The translations under genes and the position numbers were made by a program. Positions 18,346 to 26,230 of a stretch of 28,659 nt of DNA are shown piece after piece. The notes under the pieces were generated by a model. It saw only the letters and a program-made list of their open reading frames with translations. It was not told the origin of the DNA and did not search any database. The first letter of the stretch is position 1, and every line of letters starts with the position of its first letter. Origin of the DNA: Candidatus Micrarchaeota archaeon (GTDB taxonomy: Archaea > B1Sed10-29 > JAJRYS01); assembly GCA_964496415.1 (NCBI GenBank), contig CAZBZN010000008.1, positions 1 to 28,659 on the forward strand. Reading direction: 5' to 3'.

Positions 18346-21120
18346 TTATGTTGCTTTCTTCTTCAATTTCCTATAACTCACAAGACCAATGCTTGAAACA
18401 ACAATCAAAAGCAAGCCAAGCACTATGCTTTTAAGGTTAAAAGAAACAATAGCTGAGGAAGTAAAACGTTTCGGCTTTTCTTCTAAAATTTGTTTTGACT
18501 GCACCTTGACAGAAGTTAGGTTCTCTTCACTTGTATTAGCAACTTCCAGTTCATTGACCTTTTTTTCTTTGCAGAAAACCTTTGAACTCCATGGAGGCAA
18601 AAAGCCCTTCTGTGATATTACCTCATCATCAACTGAAAAATTAAAACCTAAAGAATCATCAAGATTTCTTACTTCAAAACAAGAGTCATTCAAGTAAAAC
18701 AACACTACTGGAATTGAAGAGCATGAAGCAACTTTGACTGTGTTTTCACCAGGATTTAAAGCTACTTTGCTTGATTGATTGCATTCCCATCCTTTTCTTG
18801 AAACCACAGGCAAACTCAAGGTTACTTGTTCTTTAGAAAAAGCTTTTAGATAAACAAGTACTATTGCTTCTTTGTTTGGTTTGACAGCCCCAGTAATCCA
18901 CTCAAAAGAGTAATTAACAAGCTTTGCACTTCCATTAACAGTTAAATTACTTTCACCTAAAGGAATTAAAACTTCTTCAACTTCACACTCATCCCATGCT
19001 TCATCACAAAGTTCTTTAGGAAGAACTCTTAAAGAAAATGCTGAATTGTTTACTGAAAAATGAACTAAGAATTTCTGTCTTTCAAGACTTGATTCTAAAA
19101 ACTCGTAACTCTTATTAATCAAAGTTATTGGCATTAATGAATCTTCAACTTCTGCAATAGTTGAAGAATCAGCATTAACAAAAACACTTGAAGAACCAAT
19201 GCTTACAGTATAAGGAATTGAATCATTATTTGTGACAAGTAATGTTCTCTTTATGAAAACATTGCTTAAAGTTGACTGCTTAGAGTAATCCTGTTCTTCG
19301 TTAATTACTTCAACTGATACTGCTTTTTTCACTACAGGAACTTCAAGCAAATAATACTCTCTTGGTTCTATTGTAAAACTTTGAGTAAGATTCTGCTGAA
19401 AATCATCACTCGTAATTGTAAGGTTTACTTCAAAAGGATTATACAATACTGCTTCAAGTATTGAATACGCTGCGTCAGTAGTTGACTGTTTGGAATCATC
19501 CTGCTTCCTGTCATAAGCCTTAACTATTTCACAGCCTTCTGTTGATTCAAAATAATGAAATTCTTTTGAAGAATTTGGTTCAAGCAAAAAAGAGTCATTA
19601 AGCTTGTCATCAAAGACTTCTATTGTTTCATGCTCTTTGTTAATATAGTTTCTGTTAACTTCTTTTACAACACTACAATTAACTGTTTCTAAGAAAGAAC
19701 AATTAGCTGAAGCATTAACCACTGAATCAGCATAAACAGCCGTAATAGTTGAATAATTGAACACGCCTTCTGTTGAAAAAACACTTAAATTAAAGTCATA
19801 AACACCAGGAGAAGCATTAACAGTAAAAGTCATTGACTGGTTTTGCTTAAAAACGCTTAGAGGTTCTTCTGTAAGGTTTTTTGATTGGTTTCCAAGATTT
19901 GTTGAAATTATAACATTATGCAAGTCAGTGCCAAGATTAACAACAGTAACATTTACTTTCTTATCACCTGAAACAACTGTAAAATTCAACACTGTTTCTA
20001 CTTTTTCATCAGACAAGTCACAAGAATAATTTAACACAGGAAAATATTTTTGAACAAGCTCATCGTAAGGTGTTGAAGAATACTCAAATGTTCCTAAGTA
20101 AAAGTCATACTCATACCAAGAATCTATATTTTCTTCTTTCCACGCTCCTTCACCAGAACTGTCAGCGATAAAAACAAAACCATCATACTGATTATGATAA
20201 AACCTAAGGCTTCCATCATCACCTGCTCTTAAAAGCTTCCAAAACGCTCCAAGAGCCTCAGACCCCCCTTGCTTCCAGTAAACAAACCAAGGCTCAAAGT
20301 TGTTGATCACTTGCCAGGAAAAACCACTTATCTTTAATTCCTCATTGATTACTTCAGCATGCTTGAACTCGTTAGAGTTATCTTTTTCTCCTTGAATAAA
20401 AGAGTAAACTGACGGCACGTATTTTGCATTTCCTTCTTGTCTTACTTCAACTTTCATAAAAGGCCAATGCTTGAAAAAAACAAAACTTACTGATGAAGTA
20501 TTCTCATTACAGTACGCTGTCCAAACAGCAGTAAGTCTGCCTTCAAAAGTTTTCTTTAAATCACTGCAGTTTGAAAAAGCTTTAAGACCATCAATTCCTG
20601 TTAAAAAAAGAAACCTGCCACCCCAACCAGTATGAGCCCAGTTAATATTATTTCTTAAACTAATCCATTTTTGAAGCTTAAAATGATGCCCTTCATTATA
20701 ATAATCATCTCCTAAAGCAGTCTCATAATAATCAGTGGTTATTTGATTATACTCATTGTGAACGAAGCCTGAATAATAATTAATTTCAACTTTTGAACCT
20801 TGTTCATAATAAAGCGAATAAATAGGATCATTTGCCATAAAAACAAGATTAAAGTCTTCTAATTGATTATCATCCACTTGTTTTACAGGAACTAAATCAA
20901 ACTCAACACTATTAGAATCGTTTTGAGTAAAACACTTTCCAGGAACAAGAATTACTGTTGAAAGATTAGGATAATGCTGCCAGGAAGTAAGATTCAACCT
21001 CACTGCCACTGGAATACTTGTTGATGGAAGACCTGCCAACTTAATTTCTTTACAATAATGAACTGAAAATACTGTTGGCAGTATTAGTACTGTTAAAATA
21101 AAGATGAGTACTTCACGCAT
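18346..21120 (-). CDS. Large membrane-anchored cell-surface protein, function unknown
   Basis: 924 aa; signal peptide, Cys pairs, many sequons, C-terminal TM + basic tail; TATA at 21144-21152. Confidence 0.8.
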   Translation of the reverse strand: MREVLIFILTVLILPTVFSVHYCKEIKLAGLPSTSIPVAVRLNLTSWQHYPNLSTVILVPGKCFTQNDSNSVEFDLVPVKQVDDNQLEDFNLVFMANDPIYSLYYEQGSKVEINYYSGFVHNEYNQITTDYYETALGDDYYNEGHHFKLQKWISLRNNINWAHTGWGGRFLFLTGIDGLKAFSNCSDLKKTFEGRLTAVWTAYCNENTSSVSFVFFKHWPFMKVEVRQEGNAKYVPSVYSFIQGEKDNSNEFKHAEVINEELKISGFSWQVINNFEPWFVYWKQGGSEALGAFWKLLRAGDDGSLRFYHNQYDGFVFIADSSGEGAWKEENIDSWYEYDFYLGTFEYSSTPYDELVQKYFPVLNYSCDLSDEKVETVLNFTVVSGDKKVNVTVVNLGTDLHNVIISTNLGNQSKNLTEEPLSVFKQNQSMTFTVNASPGVYDFNLSVFSTEGVFNYSTITAVYADSVVNASANCSFLETVNCSVVKEVNRNYINKEHETIEVFDDKLNDSFLLEPNSSKEFHYFESTEGCEIVKAYDRKQDDSKQSTTDAAYSILEAVLYNPFEVNLTITSDDFQQNLTQSFTIEPREYYLLEVPVVKKAVSVEVINEEQDYSKQSTLSNVFIKRTLLVTNNDSIPYTVSIGSSSVFVNADSSTIAEVEDSLMPITLINKSYEFLESSLERQKFLVHFSVNNSAFSLRVLPKELCDEAWDECEVEEVLIPLGESNLTVNGSAKLVNYSFEWITGAVKPNKEAIVLVYLKAFSKEQVTLSLPVVSRKGWECNQSSKVALNPGENTVKVASCSSIPVVLFYLNDSCFEVRNLDDSLGFNFSVDDEVISQKGFLPPWSSKVFCKEKKVNELEVANTSEENLTSVKVQSKQILEEKPKRFTSSAIVSFNLKSIVLGLLLIVVSSIGLVSYRKLKKKAT

Positions 21121-21239
21121 GTTGGTTTTTCTAAAACAAGATGTTTATAAAATTTTTGCACTATTTTTTAGTTTTGAACAGTTCTGCCAAGTAAAACTAA
21201 AAGAAAGTAATAAAATACTTCAAAGAGTTAATATACTTC

Positions 21240-22451
21240 ATGAAAGCCAGTATTGTAATAATATTACTTATCCTTACTGCTGCAAACGCAACCATAAACA
21301 TAATTTCCCCAAATCAAGAGACCTACTATCAGGGAGAAGAAATAAAATTCATTGGTAACGTTTTCTCAGATGAATGCTACGGTGAAATAAGCTTTTATGT
21401 TGATGGAAAAAAAATAGCAGAAGGAACAACAACACAAAAAGGATACTTTTCATTTGAAACAATAACAAATTCAAGCTTAACAATGAAAGCAGAAGAACTT
21501 AATCTCGGACAGCATGTATTCAAAGTAAGCTCTGAATGTTATGGTGAAGCAGAAACAACTTTTCAAACAACAAACAACCTAAAAGTAAACTATGAAATAG
21601 TTCCAGTAAAAGCAATGACAGGAGATGTTATTAGAATTTCAGCTTATGGTTACAAAAAAGGTGAAAAAGTAAAAGCAAGCATAACAATAAACAACAACAC
21701 ATTTGAAAGCCCTTTATCTACTTTTTTCCAACAAAAAGGAGAATACACAGTAAAGATAAATTCAATAGACGAGTATGGTAATTCAGGACAAGCAATAGCA
21801 ACAATAACCATTTACGATGCTTTAACAGTGAATGCTTCAACAGACAAAAAAACATATTTTCCAGGAGATGAAGTAAAGGTATTTGTTACTGCTTATGATG
21901 TTTTCGGAAACCAAAGAACAGGAAAAGTAATAATAAACTGGTTTGGTGAAAACAAAACTCCTGACTTACTAAAAATTCCAAGCAATGCAAAAGGAAACTA
22001 CACTATAAAACTCTGGTTCTTTAACGGTTCAAACAAAGGTGAAACACAACTAAGCTTTAACGTAATGAGCTTTCCAATAATTAAAAAAATCATAATAAAA
22101 GACAAAAAGCTAAAAGTAGTAAGCTCTGACCAGACAGGAGAGCCATACAACGAACAACTAGAACTAAACATATTCGACTCCTATGGAAATCTCTTAATGG
22201 AAAAACCAATAGACCCTAACAAAGAAATAACATTCAACGACCAGCTTCTCCCAGACCAATACTCTGTAATAATAAAAGCATATGGGAAAACAATATACAA
22301 CAAGACTTATTTCAAAAACCAAACCAAAGACAATCCCCTGGCAAAAACAGGTTTGGTTATTGCAAAACAAAGAACAACCTTAGCAGCAGGAATAATAATC
22401 ATCATTCTAACAGCAATAGCTTTATGGATAAACAAAAAGCAAGAAAAATGA
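21240..22451 (+). CDS. Membrane-anchored Ig-like repeat surface protein
   Basis: Signal peptide, TYYQGEEI / TDKKTYFPGDEV (MG2-like) motifs, C-terminal TM + basic tail. Confidence 0.8.
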   Translation: MKASIVIILLILTAANATINIISPNQETYYQGEEIKFIGNVFSDECYGEISFYVDGKKIAEGTTTQKGYFSFETITNSSLTMKAEELNLGQHVFKVSSECYGEAETTFQTTNNLKVNYEIVPVKAMTGDVIRISAYGYKKGEKVKASITINNNTFESPLSTFFQQKGEYTVKINSIDEYGNSGQAIATITIYDALTVNASTDKKTYFPGDEVKVFVTAYDVFGNQRTGKVIINWFGENKTPDLLKIPSNAKGNYTIKLWFFNGSNKGETQLSFNVMSFPIIKKIIIKDKKLKVVSSDQTGEPYNEQLELNIFDSYGNLLMEKPIDPNKEITFNDQLLPDQYSVIIKAYGKTIYNKTYFKNQTKDNPLAKTGLVIAKQRTTLAAGIIIIILTAIALWINKKQEK

Positions 22452-22569
22452 CAAAAGCCTCAGACCGTCCGTCAATCCTCATTTATTTTTCAGGAAATGC
22501 TGATCATCATCGGCTTGATATTATTTTAAATAACATCTTATTTAAAACATAATCAAAAAGCAGCATATC

Positions 22570-22577
22570 TTTATAAG
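22570..22577 (+). promoter_or_regulatory. TATA box of the tRNA-iMet gene
   Basis: TTTATAAG ending ~25 nt before 22601-22603, where the leader copy of AGCGGGG begins. Confidence 0.6.
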
Positions 22578-22616
22578 TATCAACTTACAAAATAATTTAA
22601 ACAGCGGGGACACCAT

Positions 22617-22723
22617 AGCGACTTGTTGATCAAATTGTTCAACAAGCTATAAGGGTAGGGCAGCCAGGAGTGCCCGTCGGGCTCATAACCCGAAGGTCAG
22701 AGGTTCAAATCCTCTCCCCGCTA
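22617..22723 (+). tRNA. Initiator tRNA-Met(CAT) with a 32-nt intron (22621-22652) at acceptor-stem position 4/5
   Basis: Spliced AGCG|GGG TA GGGC AGCCAGGAGT GCCC G TCGGG CTCATAA CCCGA AGGTC AGAGG TTCAAAT CCTCT CCCCGCT A; A1:U72 and three G-C anticodon-stem pairs; canonical BHB at the junctions; CCA not encoded. Confidence 0.9.
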
Positions 22724-23026
22724 CTATTTTTTGAAATAATAAAAACATCTTTTACATATTCTTCTTTCAACAAATGTCACACCTTCTGCTTCAAGTAATT
22801 GTTTTTTCTTTTTAACCCCTCCTGGGCCTGAATAGCCTCCTAAGCAACCGTTCTTTTGAACCACTCTATGGCATGGAACAAATGGAGCATAGGGGTTCTT
22901 CTTCATAAGCCAAGCAACTTTTCGAGCATTAACTCCAACAGCCTTTCCGAGTTCTGAATAGGAAACGACTTTTCCTTTTGGAATCTTGCATGTTAAGTAA
23001 TAAACGCTTGCAGTTACTTTATTCAT
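22724..23026 (-). CDS. ogt: O6-methylguanine-DNA methyltransferase (single-domain MGMT)
   Basis: IPKGKVVSYSEL, active-site PCHRVV, LGGYSG..KKQLLEAEG; start MNKVT after SD GGTGA. Confidence 0.9.
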   Translation of the reverse strand: MNKVTASVYYLTCKIPKGKVVSYSELGKAVGVNARKVAWLMKKNPYAPFVPCHRVVQKNGCLGGYSGPGGVKKKKQLLEAEGVTFVERRICKRCFYYFKK

Positions 23027-23027
23027 T

Positions 23028-23690
23028 TCATTCACCAGAAGCTTCAAGAAAATCAAGGGCTTTGTCAAGATTAGGTGAAAAAGGAATAGAATCAAGCAGT
23101 TTTCGTACTTCTTCATTGCTTATGATTACTTCTAAAAGTTTTTCAAAAAGCTCTTTGTCATATTCTTTGAATGGAAGTGAGTAAAGTTTTATCCTTATTT
23201 CATCTCTAAGGCTTGGTGACTCATAACACATCAGCAAATTAGCTAATTCTAATCCAAAGTTTTCAGTTTTTGTTTGCCTAAACCATTTATGCATTATTGT
23301 TACTGCATCTAAGTTTATTTCAGGTATTGCTGGGAATTTTAACAATATTTTGCTTGGCTTTAAGTAAAAGAAATTAACCTGGTATAATTCAGTTAATTTT
23401 CTTGGTTTTTTCTTAACATTAGCTTTTTTCAGATAGTATGACAAAAGCTTTCTTGACTTATTAAACAACAAATCCCGATGCAAATATTTTACAATAAACT
23501 GCTTTTTGCATAATTTTTCTAAAAATTTTTTTCTTAAAAACTTGACCACAAGTTTGTCAGGAGTCTTTGGGTAAAATTCAGGATATAGAGCTTTTAAGTA
23601 CCTGACTATTTCAATTGGTGTTCTTGGGATAGGATTTGAGCAAAATTCAACTATTTTTTGTTCAATTTCAAGTGTTTTTTCTTCTTGCAT
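23028..23690 (-). CDS. Hypothetical basic protein, possible N-terminal wHTH
   Basis: 220-aa ORF ending 1 nt before the ogt start; helix pattern KIVEFC..TPIEIVRYL..FLEKLCKKQFI. Confidence 0.65.
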   Translation of the reverse strand: MQEEKTLEIEQKIVEFCSNPIPRTPIEIVRYLKALYPEFYPKTPDKLVVKFLRKKFLEKLCKKQFIVKYLHRDLLFNKSRKLLSYYLKKANVKKKPRKLTELYQVNFFYLKPSKILLKFPAIPEINLDAVTIMHKWFRQTKTENFGLELANLLMCYESPSLRDEIRIKLYSLPFKEYDKELFEKLLEVIISNEEVRKLLDSIPFSPNLDKALDFLEASGE

Positions 23691-23775
23691 GCAAAAATTA
23701 TGTTTGTTTAAGTATAAAAAACTATTATACTTAACAACATGTTCTTGTGAGATTTTTAGACCCTGTTTTAATCAG

Positions 23776-24009
23776 TCATTTCTGGACAAGAACAATATCT
23801 TTTATTGACTTCACTCTTTTGAACATTATGCTGTTTTCCTGAATCATCTTCTTAGCATTCTCTGAAATAAGGCTTCTTATTGGCTTAGTTGTTAATCTCA
23901 CAACTTCTCCACTTTCAGCATTAAGGATCACATCATACACTTTTCCTATGTATCCTGCTGAATCTTCATAAATGTCCATTCCATAGATTTCAGAAAGCCT
24001 TATGCTCAT
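23776..24009 (-). CDS. PRC-barrel domain protein (CdpB-like)
   Basis: LSEIYGMDIY..GYIGKVYDVILNAESGEV..VKSIKDIVLV; SD GAGGTGG. Confidence 0.85.
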   Translation of the reverse strand: MSIRLSEIYGMDIYEDSAGYIGKVYDVILNAESGEVVRLTTKPIRSLISENAKKMIQENSIMFKRVKSIKDIVLVQK

Positions 24010-24086
24010 AAAACCACCTCATCACCGTTGCCTAAAACAAATAATCAAGCATTATTTAAAAACCTTTGCTGTTAATGCTTGTGATT

Positions 24087-24209
24087 TCAGTTTTTGTCTT
24101 TAATAAGGCTTACAAATACCTTTCTTTCGAGCTTGTAGTCAGAGTTAAAGCCAGAAAGTATTTTTTCAAGCTCATCTATTCTCATTTCCCCAATTGTTTT
24201 TATTTTCAT
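24087..24209 (-). CDS. Unannotated 40-aa small protein
   Basis: MKIKTIGEMRIDELEKILSGFNSDYKLERKVFVSLIKDKN, preceded by SD-like GGAGGCGAT; 39 bp after the ATPase stop. Confidence 0.55.
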   Translation of the reverse strand: MKIKTIGEMRIDELEKILSGFNSDYKLERKVFVSLIKDKN

Positions 24210-24248
24210 TCCATCGCCTCCGCACGGTTTTAAAGGTCAGGTATGGGT

Positions 24249-25484
24249 TTAGTCAGTTGAAAGTATCTTTCTTACATGTGGAGCAAGGCGGTAAGCATAG
24301 CCCCTTCCTTTTAGGTTTGGTTCTTCAAGTACAAGAGGGTATAATTCTTTTATTTTTGGCCTGTTTTCAGGCTCCTTGTATTTTCCTTGCAGCCTTTTTA
24401 TCATATGCCTTATTGTGTCATACTTGTCGTTTATGTCTTTTGCTATTTCTCTTGAAGTTTTTGGCTCTCCATTATACAAGCACATTACTATTCTTCTTTG
24501 AAGAGGAGATAACTCAGCTAAGAATTCCTGTTTTTCAATATTGTAAGTTTCTTTTGGCACGTACGGTGGTGCTTCTCCTTCAACCAATCTTTCAAGAGTG
24601 CTTGTTTTCTCTTCTACTTCTTCTTCAATTTCTTCTGTTTTGCTCTCAGTTACTTGTTCTGTTTCATGTTTTGTTTCACTTTCAATGCCTTCAAGGACTT
24701 TTTTTATTGTGTTCTCGTCAAGAGAATGTAAGTCTTTCTTTATAGCGTATTCTACGAGTTTTGAGCAGTTTTCAATTATTTCCCTTGGAATCATTCTTGA
24801 GATCCTTACTATTTCTTTCATTCCTTGTTCTGAAAACAAGTAAGCTTTTGACTTTGCAAGTATTTCAATTCTTTTTTTGATTAATTCACCACCTTCTTCA
24901 GTGTATAATGGTCTTAAGCCTTCACATAAGTCAAGCCTGTCTTCTAAATAAGCTGGAAGAATTTTTTCTCCTTTTATTAGTTCTGGTTTTCCAGCAAAGA
25001 TTATTGAGAAAGTGGTTCCGTTTTCTGACAAGCTTCTTAAGTATGAAAAGGTTTGTTCATCAAGCGCGTGTGCTTCGTCAAATATTAAAATTGTGCGTTT
25101 TTTTATCTTTTCATTTATTTTTTTATAGTCATGGTCTTCAATTTTTATTAGTTTAAGTTTTCTTAATAATGAGCCACCGCATAGCGTTTTTATTTTTTGT
25201 GCAATGTATTCTTTTTTTGGAGCATCTTCAAATAGTAAAACATTATATTTTTTTGAAAATTCTTCTGCTGCTTTTTTGATTAATGCTGTTTTCCCATACC
25301 CGTATTGTCCGTATATTACTGCGTAGTTTTTTCCAAGAGCAGCGAATTGATATAATTTTGTTAGCAGGTCTTCAAATCCTACAAATAAAGAGGGGTCTGT
25401 TAAGTGTATGAAGGGATTTTCCATTTCCCAGCCTTGTTTTTGTTTCCATTTTTCTATTTTTTCAGCTTCTTGTTCAAAGGTCAT
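24249..25484 (-). CDS. ExeA-like AAA+ ATPase with acidic linker and C-terminal winged helix
   Basis: WEMENPF, Walker A GQYGYGKT, Walker B LIFDEAH, IIFAGKPEL, LEDRL; C-terminal LSPLQRRIV..TSREIA..YDTIRHMIKRL..GRGYAYRL; start at MTFEQ after SD GGTGA. Confidence 0.85.
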   Translation of the reverse strand: MTFEQEAEKIEKWKQKQGWEMENPFIHLTDPSLFVGFEDLLTKLYQFAALGKNYAVIYGQYGYGKTALIKKAAEEFSKKYNVLLFEDAPKKEYIAQKIKTLCGGSLLRKLKLIKIEDHDYKKINEKIKKRTILIFDEAHALDEQTFSYLRSLSENGTTFSIIFAGKPELIKGEKILPAYLEDRLDLCEGLRPLYTEEGGELIKKRIEILAKSKAYLFSEQGMKEIVRISRMIPREIIENCSKLVEYAIKKDLHSLDENTIKKVLEGIESETKHETEQVTESKTEEIEEEVEEKTSTLERLVEGEAPPYVPKETYNIEKQEFLAELSPLQRRIVMCLYNGEPKTSREIAKDINDKYDTIRHMIKRLQGKYKEPENRPKIKELYPLVLEEPNLKGRGYAYRLAPHVRKILSTD

Positions 25485-25523
25485 TTTTTCACCAGATTTA
25501 TAGCTCATTAATGTTTTATAAAC

Positions 25524-25662
25524 TTAACGGGTAAAAACGAGTATTAATACTCGGAATTACTCGTTAAATATACATTAAATTTTACTCGTTATTTATAAAT
25601 AAAATAAGTTTGTACACGGTTTTACCCATTAATTTTTACTCGTTAATACTCGGTATTACCCG
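25524..25662. repeat. Array of TAC(T/C)CG hexamers with 10-bp period
   Basis: Copies at 25528(-), 25538(-), 25548, 25558, 25583, 25637, 25647, 25657 and a variant at 25623; perfect palindrome CGAGTATTAATACTCG at 25538-25553. Confidence 0.85.
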
Positions 25663-25823
25663 CTTTATTTTTGTTGTTTCATGGGAATACTTGAAGTAAG
25701 CCCCCTGGCTGTAAAACCTGTTTTTAAACAAAATTAGGTCAAAACCGTTATACTGCAATGAAATTTGAGAAATAGAACAGACCTTTTTCCGTCACCGTGC
25801 TCTTGTTTTGCTGCGTCACCAAC

Positions 25824-25862
25824 TTATTGGAGGCGATCTCCAATTTTATTGGAGGCGATCTC
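25824..25862 (+). repeat. 17-bp perfect direct repeat TTATTGGAGGCGATCTC x2 (22-bp period)
   Basis: Copies at 25824-25840 and 25846-25862. Confidence 0.9.
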
Positions 25863-26062
25863 TCACATTTTACTTTATTTTTATTGTTTTCTCACTTTTT
25901 AATACTTTCTCTCACATTTTTTAATCTATACCTCTTTTTTCCTCTTTTCTCTCACTTTCCTTATTGTTTTTTGCCTTCTCTCACTTTTTCCTTGTTTTCC
26001 TGTCTTTTCTCACTTTTTTGAAACAACCAGCAGTGCAATATTTTTTTACTATAATCTCTCAC
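25859..26062 (+). repeat. Seven TCTCAC repeats, most followed by (A/T)TT, in a pyrimidine-rich strand
   Basis: CTCAC cores at 25862, 25891, 25911, 25951, 25980, 26009, 26058. Confidence 0.8.
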
Positions 26063-26230
26063 CAAAAAAACAATATTTTATTTTTTTAAATTAATACTTT
26101 CAAACATATCTTTTTTAGTTAAAAAATAGATAATATTACTTTAAAAATATATATTTTTGTTAACAATTTTTCATAGTAATCTTTAAATACATACTTTTTG
26201 TAATATTGCTTGAAGTTAATAGGTGGTTGT

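Noticed and set aside
22524..22547. dif site
   Set aside because: Spacer between ATAA and TTAT is 4 nt rather than 6.
22603..22652. Reading the tRNA as starting at 22603 with a 46-nt intron
   Set aside because: It gives the same mature sequence, but the 5' junction would not lie in any BHB bulge; the BHB places the cut at 22620/22621. A nested second 14-nt intron also lacks a BHB.
22690..23690. Integrated element at the tRNA 3' end
   Set aside because: No duplicated tRNA 3' end or integrase seen in the window.
24249..25484. Transposon TnsC/TniB/MuB-type ATPase
   Set aside because: No transposase, integrase or terminal repeats in the window.
25797..26021. 74-aa F/L/S-rich ORF
   Set aside because: Artefact of the pyrimidine-rich repeat strand; no clear SD.
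25509..26210. CRISPR array or canonical ORB origin
   Set aside because: Repeats are too short and irregular for CRISPR, there are no cas genes, and there is no TCCAnTGGA + G-string ORB consensus.
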